64,000 nt of DNA from Candidatus Spongiisociaceae bacterium. GTDB taxonomy: Bacteria > Actinomycetota > Acidimicrobiia > Spongiisociales > Spongiisociaceae. Every line of letters begins with the position of its first letter. Positions within the stretch are counted from its first letter, which is position 1. The notes beneath the pieces were generated by a model, which saw only the letters and a list, made by a program, of their open reading frames with translations, was not told where the DNA came from and made no database searches. This document shows, piece by piece, positions 8,765 through 18,953 of the stretch. Made by a program: the position numbers and the translations under genes. The stretch is taken from positions 640,001-704,000 of the forward strand of contig OZ241841.1 in the NCBI GenBank assembly GCA_965202665.1. Direction: 5' to 3'.

Positions 8765-11029
8765 TTACGCTTTTTGCAACGGGGCCCAGGCCAGGAGCAA
8801 AGTCTTGCGTCCCGCCTCGTCGAATTCGATCACCACCTCCGCCTGATTGCCGGAACCGTTCAGGCCGCGCACCCACCCGCCCCCGAACTTGTCGTGGCGC
8901 ACCCTATCCCCCACCTGCAACTCATCCCCCAGCAGGCTGCGGCGGGGGTCGCCCGCTCCCGGCGACGGACCCGCCCGTTCCCGACGGGCGTCCCGCGGGC
9001 GGGGGGCGGCCCGGGAAACCAAATTAACGGGAATCTCCTTCAGGAACCGGGACTCCGCGTTGTAATCAAAAGAACCGAACAGGGAGCGGGTGGAAGCCGA
9101 GGTCAGAAACAGGCAGCGGCGGGCGCGGGTCAAACCCACGTAGCACAGGCGGCGCTCCTCCTCCATCTCGTCGTAATCGGTCAGAGAGCGGTAGTGGGGG
9201 AACAGCCCCTCCTCCATGCCCACCATGAACACCACCGGAAACTCCAACCCTTTGGCGTTGTGCATGGTCATCAAAGTGATTTTGTCATCGGAGTCCAAAG
9301 AGTCGGTGTCGGCCGCCAGGCTGACCGACTCCAAATAGGCCCGCAGAAGCCCCCGCCCGTCCGCCTCCTCCGACTCCCCGCCCGGCGCCTCCCAGCCTTC
9401 CACCGCCTGCTCCCGTTGCTTGATGAAATCCCCCGCCCCGGCCGCCAGTTCCTCCAGGTTCTCAATCCGGCCCAAAGCCTCTTCGGTGCCCTGCTCGCGC
9501 AACATGGCCAGGTAGCCCCCTTCGTCCAGCACGGTTCGCACCAAGACGTCCGGGCCGCCGTCGATCCTTTCCTCCAGCAACCTCATCACCGCCAGGAAAT
9601 CGCGGATTCCGTTCGCCCCCCGGCCGTCCAGCCCCGGGATGTCGTCAACTTGGCGCAGGGCTTCCAACAGGGCCAGGCCGCGCCGGTCGGCGAACCGCTC
9701 CGCATGCCCCAGCGTTACCTCCCCTATCCCCCGGCGGGGGGTGTTCACCACCCGGCGCAACGACGGCGAATCCTCCGGGTTGACCAGCAGGCGCAGATAG
9801 GCCAAAACGTCTTTCACCTCGGCCCGCTCGTAGAAACGGACGGAGCCGATCACCCGGTAGGGCAGGCCGTAGCGGTTTATCACCTCCTCCAGCACCCGGG
9901 ACTGGGCGTTCATCCGGTAGAAAACGGCGATGTCCCCCAAGGCGGCCCCCCCGCTCCGCTCCAAATCGACGGCTTGGTCGGCCACGAACGCCGCCTCGTC
10001 GTGCTCGTCCTGGGCTTGGAAGCGGACAATCGGCGGGCCCTCCCCCAGGTCGCTCCACAGGCGCTTGGGTTGGCGGCGTTCGTTGTGGGCGATGACCGAA
10101 TTGGCGGCGGCGAGGATGGTCTGCGTGGAACGGTAATTCTGGTCCAGCACCACCACTTTGGCCTGCGGGAAGTCCCGCTGGAAAGAGTCTATGTTGCGGA
10201 TGTCGGCCCCCCGGAAGCGGTAGATGGACTGGTCGGCGTCCCCCACCGCGCACAGGTTGCCGTGCCGGGCGGCCAACAGCTTCACCAGCTGGTATTGGGC
10301 GTGATTGGTGTCTTGGAATTCGTCCACATGCAGGAAGCGGAACCGTTCCCGGTAGCGGTCCAGCACTTCGGGGATGGCTTCGAACAGGTTGACGGTGACC
10401 ATCAGCAGGTCGTCGAAATCCATGGCCGACGCCTCCGTCAGCCGTTGCTGGTAGAGGCGGTAGATTTCTGCGATTCCCTTGCGGTACAAGTCCCCGGCGT
10501 CCTCCGCTTGGACGGCGAACGACTCGAAGTCGACCAGTTCGTTTTTGGCGTTGGAGATGACCGCCCTGATGCGGCGGGGCGGGTAGCGCTTCTCTTCCAA
10601 GTTCAGTTCGCGGACGGCCCGTTGAATGGCCCGGCGGGAATCCAGTTCGTCGTAGATGGTGAAGGAAGGGTTGTATCCGAGGTGGCCGGCCTCCCGGCGC
10701 AGGATGCGCGTGCAAGCGGAATGGAAGGTGGACACCCACATATCCCGGGCCGCGCCGCCCACCAGCCGGGCAACCCGCTCCGCCATCTCGGCGGCCGCCT
10801 TGTTGGTGAAAGTGATGGCCAGTATCTCCCACGGTTCCGCCCCCAGGTCGCGGAGCAGGTGGGCCACCCGGTAGGTGAGCACCCGCGTCTTGCCCGACCC
10901 CGCCCCGGCCACCACCAGCAACGGCCCCTCCACGGCCGCCACCGCCTCCCGCTGGGCCGGGTTCAAATCGTCGAACAGCGGCGAAAGAGCCGGATCGGAA
11001 ACTTCAGGGGGCGCGGCCAATGTCGTCAT
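8765..11029 (-). CDS. pcrA: ATP-dependent SF1A DNA helicase PcrA/UvrD
   Basis: LNPAQREA, AGAGSGKT, ITFTNKAA, VDEFQDTN, VGDADQSIYRFRGA, QNYRST, TMHNAKGLEF, EERRLCYVGLTRA, C-terminal Tudor domain. Start placed at ATG 11029. Confidence 0.96.
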   Translation of the reverse strand: MTTLAAPPEVSDPALSPLFDDLNPAQREAVAAVEGPLLVVAGAGSGKTRVLTYRVAHLLRDLGAEPWEILAITFTNKAAAEMAERVARLVGGAARDMWVSTFHSACTRILRREAGHLGYNPSFTIYDELDSRRAIQRAVRELNLEEKRYPPRRIRAVISNAKNELVDFESFAVQAEDAGDLYRKGIAEIYRLYQQRLTEASAMDFDDLLMVTVNLFEAIPEVLDRYRERFRFLHVDEFQDTNHAQYQLVKLLAARHGNLCAVGDADQSIYRFRGADIRNIDSFQRDFPQAKVVVLDQNYRSTQTILAAANSVIAHNERRQPKRLWSDLGEGPPIVRFQAQDEHDEAAFVADQAVDLERSGGAALGDIAVFYRMNAQSRVLEEVINRYGLPYRVIGSVRFYERAEVKDVLAYLRLLVNPEDSPSLRRVVNTPRRGIGEVTLGHAERFADRRGLALLEALRQVDDIPGLDGRGANGIRDFLAVMRLLEERIDGGPDVLVRTVLDEGGYLAMLREQGTEEALGRIENLEELAAGAGDFIKQREQAVEGWEAPGGESEEADGRGLLRAYLESVSLAADTDSLDSDDKITLMTMHNAKGLEFPVVFMVGMEEGLFPHYRSLTDYDEMEEERRLCYVGLTRARRCLFLTSASTRSLFGSFDYNAESRFLKEIPVNLVSRAAPRPRDARRERAGPSPGAGDPRRSLLGDELQVGDRVRHDKFGGGWVRGLNGSGNQAEVVIEFDEAGRKTLLLAWAPLQKA

Positions 11030-11101
11030 ACGCCCTACCCTACCACATCCCCCGGACGCAAAAATTACGCCGGTGTAATTCACCCCAAAAGACGACCTGG
11101 T

Positions 11102-11131
11102 TTGACATTTGGTTGCAGATTTGGTTATAGT
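11102..11131 (+). promoter_or_regulatory. Near-consensus sigma70/SigA promoter for a leaderless mRNA
   Basis: TTGACA (11102-11107), 18-nt spacer, TATAGT (11126-11131); ATG at 11139 with no SD. Confidence 0.75.
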
Positions 11132-11138
11132 AGCCGAT

Positions 11139-11642
11139 ATGGCGGATCACGAGGTCTACCCCAACGCCCCGCTCCGGCTGGTTGAAATGAGAACGAAGGA
11201 GCTTGCCAAAAACCCGCCTAAAGTACTTCTGAACCGGCTTGCTATGGAATATGGGATGTCTTGGTCTGGGATTGCCCAAGCTATTGGAGTTAGAGTACAA
11301 GCCATTCGTAAATGGCGACTTGGCGGCTCTGTTAACACGGAAAGTAGAGTCGCACTATCTAAGGTGGTATCTACATTGGATATTCTGCAAGAACTAATAG
11401 ATGACCCAGCAGGCTGGTTGGAGATGCCGGTATTGGAAGGATACAGCCTCCGTCATTTGGATTTGTTAGCACACAAAAATCACCAACTTCTCTTAGATTT
11501 AGCCTTTAAACTTATTACCCCAGAGGATGTATTACAAAGCACAAATCCTAACTGGAAGACCGAAATGTACCTTAAGCATGAGGTATTCACAGCAGAGGAT
11601 GGACTACCCGCTATCCGACGTGCGACGCAGAGTGTACGGTGA
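11139..11642 (+). CDS. Xre-like HTH protein (antitoxin-like), possibly chimeric N-terminus
   Basis: GMSWSGIAQAIGVRVQAIRKWRLGG helix-turn-helix followed by PAGWLEMP (MbcA/ParS-like region); AT-rich after ~11185. Confidence 0.7.
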   Translation: MADHEVYPNAPLRLVEMRTKELAKNPPKVLLNRLAMEYGMSWSGIAQAIGVRVQAIRKWRLGGSVNTESRVALSKVVSTLDILQELIDDPAGWLEMPVLEGYSLRHLDLLAHKNHQLLLDLAFKLITPEDVLQSTNPNWKTEMYLKHEVFTAEDGLPAIRRATQSVR

Positions 11643-11683
11643 AATAAATAGGCGCGTGAAAGAGTTATCTTAAGTCAGGTAAT

Positions 11684-13243
11684 TTATTCCCATTCTATGG
11701 TGGCGGGGGGTTTGGAGGAGATGTCGTAGGCTACTCGGTTTATTTGGGGGACTTCGTTCATTACCCGGCGGGAAATGCGCTCTAAAACTTGGTAGGGAAT
11801 GCGGGCGAAGTCGGCGGTCATGGCGTCGTCGGAGGTCACCGCCCGCACCACCAGCGGATAGGCGTAGGTGCGCCCGTCCCCCTGCACTCCCACCGTTTTC
11901 ACCACCGGCAGCACCGCAAACGACTGCCATATCTCACGGCTCAGCCCGGCGGCGTCAAGTTCCTCCCGGACAACCGCGTCCGCCTCCCGCAGGATCTCCA
12001 CCCGCTCGGCGGTCACCTCGCCGATGATGCGCACCGCCAAACCGGGGCCGGGGAACGGCTGGCGCCAGACGATCTCCTCCGGCAAACCCAGTTCCTCCCC
12101 CACCGCCCGCACCTCGTCTTTGAACAGGTCCCGCAACGGCTCCACCAACTCGAACTGCAAATCGTCGGGCAACCCTCCTACGTTGTGGTGGGTTTTGATA
12201 GTGGCCGACGCCCCCGCCCCCGACTCGATCACGTCCGGATACAGCGTCCCCTGCGCCAGAAAACGGGGGCGGGGTTTCATGTCGACCACCGCCTCCTCAA
12301 AAGTCCGCACGAACAACTCTCCGATAATTTTCCGTTTGCGCTCCGGGTCGGCGACCCCGGCCAGGGCCTCCAGAAACCGCCGCCCGGCGTCCGCCCGCAC
12401 CAGTTTCACATCGAAATGCCCGGCGAAAACCCGTTCCACCCCTTCGGCTTCCCCTTTGCGCAACAGGCCGTGATCCACGAACACGCAGGTGAGGTTCCCC
12501 CCCACCGCCCGATGGACCAAAGCGGCCGCCACCGCCGAATCGACCCCGCCCGACAGCCCGCAGATCACCCGTTCCCCCCCCACCCGGCGGCGGATGGCCC
12601 GCACCTCGGAGGCGATGATGGACTCGCTGCTCCAAGAGGCCTCCGCCCGGCAGGCCCGGCGCAGGAAATTCTCGAACATCGCCATGCCGTGTTCGGTGTG
12701 GGCCACCTCCGGATGGAACTGCACCCCGAACAGCCCCCGTTCCGCGTTTTCCATAACCGCCGCAGGCGAACCGTCGGTGACGGCCGGGCAAACGAAACCG
12801 TCGGGAACGGCGGTGACCGCATCGGCGTGGCTCATCCACACCGTCTGCCGCTCCGGCAACCCCTCCAGCAACAGCGAGCAGCCGGTCACCCGCAACTCGG
12901 CGCCCCCGTACTCGGCTTCCCCGGTGCGCCCCACCTCCCCGCCCAGCATCTGCGCCAGCAGCTGATGCCCGTAGCAAACGCCCAGCACCGGAACCCCCGA
13001 CTCCAGCAACCCCGGATCGATGCGATAGGCGTCCGGGGAGTACACCGACTGCGGGCCGCCGGAGAGGATGATTCCCAACGGACGGCGCTCCCGCACCCGG
13101 GCGGCGGTCTCCGTGTGGGGGACGATCTCCGAATACACCCCCGCCTGCCGCACCCGCCGGGCGATCAACCGGGAATACTGGGCGCCCAGATCCACCACCA
13201 GCACCGGCCGGCGGCCGCCGGGGCCGGGCGGGGGTGCGCTCAA
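11684..13243 (-). CDS. guaA: GMP synthase (glutamine-hydrolysing)
   Basis: [60 protein letters not shown]; TTG start overlapping the guaB3 stop. Confidence 0.97.
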   Translation of the reverse strand: MSAPPPGPGGRRPVLVVDLGAQYSRLIARRVRQAGVYSEIVPHTETAARVRERRPLGIILSGGPQSVYSPDAYRIDPGLLESGVPVLGVCYGHQLLAQMLGGEVGRTGEAEYGGAELRVTGCSLLLEGLPERQTVWMSHADAVTAVPDGFVCPAVTDGSPAAVMENAERGLFGVQFHPEVAHTEHGMAMFENFLRRACRAEASWSSESIIASEVRAIRRRVGGERVICGLSGGVDSAVAAALVHRAVGGNLTCVFVDHGLLRKGEAEGVERVFAGHFDVKLVRADAGRRFLEALAGVADPERKRKIIGELFVRTFEEAVVDMKPRPRFLAQGTLYPDVIESGAGASATIKTHHNVGGLPDDLQFELVEPLRDLFKDEVRAVGEELGLPEEIVWRQPFPGPGLAVRIIGEVTAERVEILREADAVVREELDAAGLSREIWQSFAVLPVVKTVGVQGDGRTYAYPLVVRAVTSDDAMTADFARIPYQVLERISRRVMNEVPQINRVAYDISSKPPATIEWE

Positions 13244-14397
13244 CCCATCCCCACTTGCTGCGCCCGCTGCAGCCCTTTGCCTTCGGTGGCGGCGGCGGGG
13301 GCCACCATCACCTCCGCTTTCTGGAAATCCTTCAGATTGGCGTAGCCGGTGGTGGCCATCGAAGCCCGCAACCCCCCGAACAGGTTGCGGCGCCCGTCGT
13401 TTTCCTGCGCCGGCCCCAGCAGAATCTCCTCCAACGTCCCCAGGGCGCCGACCATCACCCGCGCCCCCCGGGGCAGGGTGGGATGGAAGGTGGCCATCCC
13501 CCAGTGGGCCCCCCGGCCGGGGGCTTCGGCGGCGGCGGCCAAAGGGGAGCCGAGCATCACCGCATCCGCCCCGCAGGCGACCGCCTTGGCGATGTCCCCC
13601 CCGGTGCGCATCCCCCCGTCGGCGATCACATGCACGTAGCGTCCGGTTTCGTCCAAATAGCGGATGCGGGCCCCGGCCGCGTCGGCGATGGCGGTGGCCT
13701 GCGGAACCCCCACCCCGATAACCCCGCGGGTGGTGCAGGCCGCCCCCGGCCCCACCCCCACCAGAATCCCGGCCGCTCCGGTGCGCATCAGATGGATGGC
13801 CCCCGCGTAGGAGGCGCATCCGCCTACGATTACGGGAACTTCCATGTTGGCGATGAACTCGTTCAGATCCAGGGGGCGTTCGCGGGAGGAAACGTGTTCG
13901 GCGGAAACCACCGTGCCCTGGATGATGAGAATGTCCAGTCCGGCCCGCAGGGCGGACGGGGCGTAACGTTCCACGTTCTGGGGGGTGAGCGACCCGGCGG
14001 CGGTAGCGCCCGCCTGTTTAATCTCTTCGATGCGACGGCCGATCAGGTCGGGGGAGACGGGGGCCTGATAGACCTGTTGCAACACGCGGGTGGCCTCCTC
14101 GGCCGGGGCGGCGGCGATCCGTTCATAGGCCGGAACGGGATCATCGTAGCGGGACCACAGCCCCTCCAGATTGAGCGCCCCCAGGCCGCCCAGCCGGGCG
14201 ATGGCCGCCGCCGAAGCGGGGCTGAGGGCCGAATCCATGGCCGAACCGAGCATGGGCAGGGCGAACCGGAAGCCGTCGAACTCCCAGGAAACGTCCACAT
14301 CGTCCGGATCGCGGGTGCGGCGGGACGGGACGATGGAAATATCGTCGAACCCGTAGGCCCTCCGCCCTGATTTGGCCATTCCTATGTCAATGTCCAC
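13240..14397 (-). CDS. guaB3: GuaB3-family IMP dehydrogenase-related protein
   Basis: [67 protein letters not shown]. Confidence 0.92.
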   Translation of the reverse strand: MDIDIGMAKSGRRAYGFDDISIVPSRRTRDPDDVDVSWEFDGFRFALPMLGSAMDSALSPASAAAIARLGGLGALNLEGLWSRYDDPVPAYERIAAAPAEEATRVLQQVYQAPVSPDLIGRRIEEIKQAGATAAGSLTPQNVERYAPSALRAGLDILIIQGTVVSAEHVSSRERPLDLNEFIANMEVPVIVGGCASYAGAIHLMRTGAAGILVGVGPGAACTTRGVIGVGVPQATAIADAAGARIRYLDETGRYVHVIADGGMRTGGDIAKAVACGADAVMLGSPLAAAAEAPGRGAHWGMATFHPTLPRGARVMVGALGTLEEILLGPAQENDGRRNLFGGLRASMATTGYANLKDFQKAEVMVAPAAATEGKGLQRAQQVGMG

Positions 14398-14528
14398 CCT
14401 CGCCCTTCCCTTGTTTCGAGTGCGCGCTTTCGGAACTATAAACATTAACAGAACCGGACGGCGCCGGAGACCGCCGTCCCTCCTCCCTCCGGTCGCGCTA
14501 ACCGGCGGAGGAGGGTACCCTTGGTTTT

Positions 14529-15320
14529 GTGAACCACCCGCCCGACCCGCCGCAAAAACCCGAACCGGCCGCCCTTCCCCCCTTCAACGGAACCCCCCGC
14601 TCCGGCCCCGAACCGGAATTGGAGGAACCGGGCTGGCCGTGGCTCTACATTCCGATCGTGATGGCCGGGGGGCTGCTCGGGTCTTTGGTGGGGATGCTGA
14701 TAGTTTGGATCTTGGGGATCGACCAAACCGCCGGGCTGTTCTGGGTGGCGCTGCCCATGCAGAACCTGTTCCAGTTCGGCCTGCTGTGGGTGATCAGCCT
14801 CCGGCGGGGCGGCATGACCGGGGCTTTCGGATTCGCGATGGAACCCCGTCATATGATCTGGTTTCCCGCCGGGCTGGTCAGCCTCATTTCCCTGGGGGCG
14901 CTGGCCGCGCTCCTGCAGAGGTTGCTGAACGTGGACGAGGCCAACCCGCAGGCCGTCCTGCAACTGGCCGACGACCTGCGGGGAACCCCGTCCGCGGTAG
15001 CCGTTTTCATCACCCTGGGGGTGATGGGGCCGATCGTGGAGGAAATAACCTTCCGGGGCCTGGCTTTGCAAACCGGCCTGCGCAAAGGGTTTTCCCCCGC
15101 CAAATCGATTGTCGTGTCTTCGGCTATCTTCTCGGCCGCCCATCTGGTGGACCCTTCCCTGCTGGGGCGGCGGGGGCTGGTGGTGCTGACCATGTTTTTC
15201 CTGCTGGGCCTGTTGCTGGGTTTCCTCACCTATCGTTTCCGGTCGCTGGGGCCGGCCATATTCGTGCACAGCGGATTCAACCTGACTTCCTTGGCGGTGC
15301 TGTTTTGGACGCCGGCCTGA
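14529..15320 (+). CDS. CPBP (CAAX/Abi) intramembrane glutamic endopeptidase
   Basis: Multi-TM protein with EEITFRG, FSAAH and HSGFN motifs. Confidence 0.9.
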   Translation: MNHPPDPPQKPEPAALPPFNGTPRSGPEPELEEPGWPWLYIPIVMAGGLLGSLVGMLIVWILGIDQTAGLFWVALPMQNLFQFGLLWVISLRRGGMTGAFGFAMEPRHMIWFPAGLVSLISLGALAALLQRLLNVDEANPQAVLQLADDLRGTPSAVAVFITLGVMGPIVEEITFRGLALQTGLRKGFSPAKSIVVSSAIFSAAHLVDPSLLGRRGLVVLTMFFLLGLLLGFLTYRFRSLGPAIFVHSGFNLTSLAVLFWTPA

Positions 15321-15405
15321 TTATTTCCCGCCGCCGCCCTACTATGGTCCCTATGAGTTTTCCGAATCCGGCGCCCGTCCGGGCGGAGGGAGGTAAAAGC
15401 GGCAG

Positions 15406-16755
15406 ATGACCACCCCCGCCGACTTGGCCAAAAACGACTCCAAGTCCATTTTCGGATGGGCGATGTACGACTGGGCCAACTCGGCTTACATCACCATCAT
15501 GGGGGCCGTCATCGCCCCCCTGTTCACCGGCACCATCGTGCCCGAAGAAGGGTGGAACGGCTGGTCGGGGGAAACCATCTGGGCCTGGGTGATTTCGGGG
15601 GCCGCCACCCTGCTGTTCCTGATGATGCCCGTGTTGGGGGCGGCCGCCGACTACGGCTCCGCCCGGCGCGTCTTCCTGCTCCGATTCGCCGTCCTGGGCG
15701 GGGCGTTCGTGCTTGTCCTGCCTTTCGTCCCCGACGGGGCGGTGCCCTGGTTCGTGTTCGTCGCCCTGCTCGCCAACATCGGATTCGTGGGGGCCAACGT
15801 TTTCTACGACGCCCTGCTGCCCGGCCTGGTCACCAAAGACCAGATGGACCGGGTTTCCTCCAAAGGATACGCTTTCGGATACGCGGGCGGGGGGTTGTAC
15901 CTGGCGTTGGCCATGGTTTTGATTTTTCTGAGCGGGGACGGGGGGGTCTCCGGGTTGTCCACTTCCGCCGCCGCCCGCGTCGCCATTTTCGGCTCCGGGA
16001 TATGGTGGATGGGGTTCACCGCCTACGCCCTGCGCCATATGCCCGAAACCGGCTCCCCCCTGCAACTGCCCGGGCGGTATGCGGGAATTCCCGCATGGCG
16101 GGCCTACGCCTCGGTCGGATTCCGCAAAACCTTCGCCACCGTGCGCAACCTGGTCAAATTTCCGCAGTTGTTGCTGTTCGTGGTGGCCTACATTTTCTAC
16201 AACGACGGCATCCAAACCGTGATCGCCATCTCCGGGGCCTACGCCGAGGACACTTTGCAACTGAGCCTGGCCGTCATCGGCCTGGGATTTCTGGTGGTGC
16301 AGTTCGTGGCATTCGGGGGGGCGTTGCTGTTCGGGGCGATGGCCGACCGGATGGGTTCCAAGCGGGCCATCCTCTGGTCGCTGGGGGCGTGGACGCTGAT
16401 CACCGTCTCCGCCTATTTTCTGCCCGAGGGCGGGGTCGCCCCTTTCTTGGCGGTGGCGGCGGTGATCGGGGTGGTGCTGGGCGGGGTGCAGGCCCTCAGC
16501 CGCAGCCTGTACGCCTCCATGATCCCCGAAGAGTCGGCGGCGGAATTCTTCGGGTTCTACACCGTGTTCTCCAAGTTTTCCGCCATTTGGGGGCCGTTGG
16601 TTTTCGCCCTGGTAAGCGGGTCCACCGGCTCGGGGCGCCCGGCGATCCTGGCCATCGCCGCCTTTTTCCTAGTGGGAGGGGGGTTGCTCAGCCTGGTGAA
16701 CACGGAGCGGGCGGCGTCCCACAGCCTGGAATGGCCGCAACCGGACGCCGAATAG
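15406..16755 (+). CDS. MFS transporter (UMF1/Atg22-like)
   Basis: WAMYDWANSA, FYDALLP, SSKGYAFGYAGG, YNDGIQT, QALSRSLY, EFFGFY. Confidence 0.9.
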   Translation: MTTPADLAKNDSKSIFGWAMYDWANSAYITIMGAVIAPLFTGTIVPEEGWNGWSGETIWAWVISGAATLLFLMMPVLGAAADYGSARRVFLLRFAVLGGAFVLVLPFVPDGAVPWFVFVALLANIGFVGANVFYDALLPGLVTKDQMDRVSSKGYAFGYAGGGLYLALAMVLIFLSGDGGVSGLSTSAAARVAIFGSGIWWMGFTAYALRHMPETGSPLQLPGRYAGIPAWRAYASVGFRKTFATVRNLVKFPQLLLFVVAYIFYNDGIQTVIAISGAYAEDTLQLSLAVIGLGFLVVQFVAFGGALLFGAMADRMGSKRAILWSLGAWTLITVSAYFLPEGGVAPFLAVAAVIGVVLGGVQALSRSLYASMIPEESAAEFFGFYTVFSKFSAIWGPLVFALVSGSTGSGRPAILAIAAFFLVGGGLLSLVNTERAASHSLEWPQPDAE

Positions 16756-16821
16756 CCCCGCCCGGTTACCATATAAGTCTCATATGATAAGCCGACGGGA
16801 CAGAAGGGCGAGGAGGACGCA

Positions 16822-17391
16822 ATGGCGGTGAACATCACTCAAGAATTCGAGGTGGGCCAGAACGCCGGAAAGGTGTTTGAGTTCTTCCAGAACGTGCCGG
16901 AAGTGGCGAAGTGCCTGCCCGGGGCCGAACTGACCGAAGACAAAGGGGACGGGGTTTACGCCGGGAAAGTGTCGGTGCGGTTGGGGCCGATGACCGCCGG
17001 GTTCGAAGGGGAGGCCACGGTGGTCTCCGACCCGGAGCATCACACCGGGCGCATCGAAGGCAAAGGGGCGGACAAGCAGGGCGGCTCCCGCGGGCAGGTA
17101 AAAGTGGACTATGCGATCGCCAGCACCGAAACGGGGTCCAAAGTGACGGTGGAGGCGTCGATAACCATTTCCGGGGCGGCCGCCCAGTTCGGGCGCACCG
17201 GCCTGGTCAATCAGATGTCGCAACGGCTGATAAGCGAATTCGTGGAATGCCTGGAGGCGAAACTGGGGGCGGAAAGCACGGCGGAGGCCGCGCAGGTGGA
17301 GGCGGGGGAGGTAAAAGGAGCCTCCCTGTTTTTCTCCTCGCTGGGTTCAAGCATCGCCGGGGCGGTCAAAAAACTGTTCCGCCGCGGATAA
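16822..17391 (+). CDS. SRPBCC/CoxG-family protein
   Basis: VAKCLPGAEL, KVSVRLGP, GAAAQFGR; GAGGAGG SD. Confidence 0.88.
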   Translation: MAVNITQEFEVGQNAGKVFEFFQNVPEVAKCLPGAELTEDKGDGVYAGKVSVRLGPMTAGFEGEATVVSDPEHHTGRIEGKGADKQGGSRGQVKVDYAIASTETGSKVTVEASITISGAAAQFGRTGLVNQMSQRLISEFVECLEAKLGAESTAEAAQVEAGEVKGASLFFSSLGSSIAGAVKKLFRRG

Positions 17392-18263
17392 AAGCCGGAG
17401 CTCCCCGGGCCGCCAACCCGGCGCTGTGGGCGGCGCTGATCCTCGGTTGCGCGGCCGGCGCCTGCTCCGGTCCGCCAACCGCGACGACCAGCGCCGCAAC
17501 AATCGCGCAACCAGCGAACGACCCGGCTACGGCGGCGCAAGTGGTGCGGGTGACCGACGGCGACACCATCATGGCGTTGCGGGACGGTGAAGAAGTGCGG
17601 GTGCGGCTGATCGGCGTCAACGCCCCGGAAAGCGGCGAGTGCTTGGCGGAAGAGTCGAAGAAACGGCTGGAGGAAATCCTGCGCGGCAAAACGGTGAGGC
17701 TGGAAACCGATGAAGGGAAATCGGACCGGTTCGGACGGACGCCGGCCTATCTGTGGGCGGAGGAAGTTTTGGTAAACGAACAACTGGCGGCTGAAGGCTT
17801 GGCCCTGTCCCGCCCCTACCCGCCCAACACCTTGCGGCAAACGGAGCTGGATGAAGCCGAAGCCGCCGCCCGCCGGGAAGGCCGGGGAATGTGGGCCGCC
17901 GACGCCTGCGGCCCCCCGACCGGGGTGAAAATGGAGATAACCGAAATCCGGTGGAACCCGCCCGGACCGGACGAAGAGAACCTGAACGGGGAATACATCG
18001 TGTTGCGCAACCTCTCCGACCAACCCGCCCGCCTGGACGGTTTCACCCTGCGCGATTCCTCATCCTCCAATCGCTACCGGTTCCCAGACGGCTGGACCCT
18101 GCCCGGCGGAGCCGAAGCAACCGTCCGCACCGGAGACGGCCCCGACGGCCCAAACACCCTCTACTGGGGAAGCGAGCTGCCGGTGTGGAACAACGACGGC
18201 GACGCCGCCTTCCTGCAAGACCCCTCCGGCAACATAATCGCCCACCGCTCCTACGCCAGCTAA
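17388..18263 (+). CDS. Lipoprotein with thermonuclease (SNase) and lamin-tail domains
   Basis: Signal/lipobox (LWAALILGCAAGAC), VRVTDGDTI, VRLIGVNAPE, DRFGRT, then ITEIRWNPPG..NGEYIVLRN..VWNNDGD. No canonical start precedes the signal peptide; ATA at 17388 proposed. Confidence 0.85.
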   Translation: MKAGAPRAANPALWAALILGCAAGACSGPPTATTSAATIAQPANDPATAAQVVRVTDGDTIMALRDGEEVRVRLIGVNAPESGECLAEESKKRLEEILRGKTVRLETDEGKSDRFGRTPAYLWAEEVLVNEQLAAEGLALSRPYPPNTLRQTELDEAEAAARREGRGMWAADACGPPTGVKMEITEIRWNPPGPDEENLNGEYIVLRNLSDQPARLDGFTLRDSSSSNRYRFPDGWTLPGGAEATVRTGDGPDGPNTLYWGSELPVWNNDGDAAFLQDPSGNIIAHRSYAS

Positions 18264-18428
18264 CCTCCCTCGGGCAAATCAGACGGTTTGCGATCCTTCT
18301 GCTTTTTAAGAGCCCCTCTGATAATCTCCCGCTCATCCTCAGCCGCCTGATCGAAGAACCCTTTAGGCCACTCCTCAATATCGCCTATATCGCCATACGG
18401 AGTCAAATCAAGAGGGCGACACCGCGTC

Positions 18429-18953
18429 TCACCGGTTCTCGCACTTCATGGTGCAGTCCTGTGATAGTTCGCGTAGAACTTGCGATTCCTTCATCAAATC
18501 TGGCCATCGTAAATCCCAACTCGGATACTGGAGGGGAACGCCGCGTCGAGATTTTTGAAACTTATTTTCCGCACCGGCATATGTCTCTACTATAGCCTCT
18601 AATACCCCCTCGGTGATTGCGCCCAAACGTTTATCAACTTGAGTAAACCACATATATCTCGCCAAACCCGCCAAAATTGCTATTTTATAGGGTAAGTCCG
18701 TTTCCTCCGGTTCCAATATCAAAGAATTCGCTGTTGCCAATGATAACTCGTTGGTCACCAAAGCGCTCAGGAAGCATCTCCGGGCGATATCGGAATCGAG
18801 AACTACAACCATGCGGTTCGGAATCGGCATTTCCAAGTCGCCGACAACCACGATGTCGCCCGGCATCACATCATCAGGATTAGACTCCCGCCACGCATAT
18901 TCAGGCCTAGGCCGTTTGGCTAAGGCACCGCTTAGCCATTCAGGTGTTCCCAT
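18429..18953 (-). CDS. Hypothetical protein, AT-richer, weak MazF/PemK-like resemblance
   Basis: AGGAGA SD + ATG; PGDIVVV...RMVVVLD...SALVTN resembles the MazF SH3-like pattern, weakly. Confidence 0.55.
   Translation of the reverse strand: MGTPEWLSGALAKRPRPEYAWRESNPDDVMPGDIVVVGDLEMPIPNRMVVVLDSDIARRCFLSALVTNELSLATANSLILEPEETDLPYKIAILAGLARYMWFTQVDKRLGAITEGVLEAIVETYAGAENKFQKSRRGVPLQYPSWDLRWPDLMKESQVLRELSQDCTMKCENR

Noticed and set aside
8017-8950. Tudor repeats as a diversity-generating retroelement TR/VR pair
   Set aside because: Mismatches are not adenine-specific and there is no reverse transcriptase in the window; tandem duplication explains them.
14478-14515. Hairpin CCCTCCTCC..GGAGGAGGG as a riboswitch or SD-sequestering element
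   Set aside because: No recognisable purine/ZTP aptamer, and the GGAGG is about 14 nt from the CPBP start; too weak to call.
16822-17391. Evidence for a CO dehydrogenase cluster
   Set aside because: The CoxG-like gene is alone; no coxLMS in the window.
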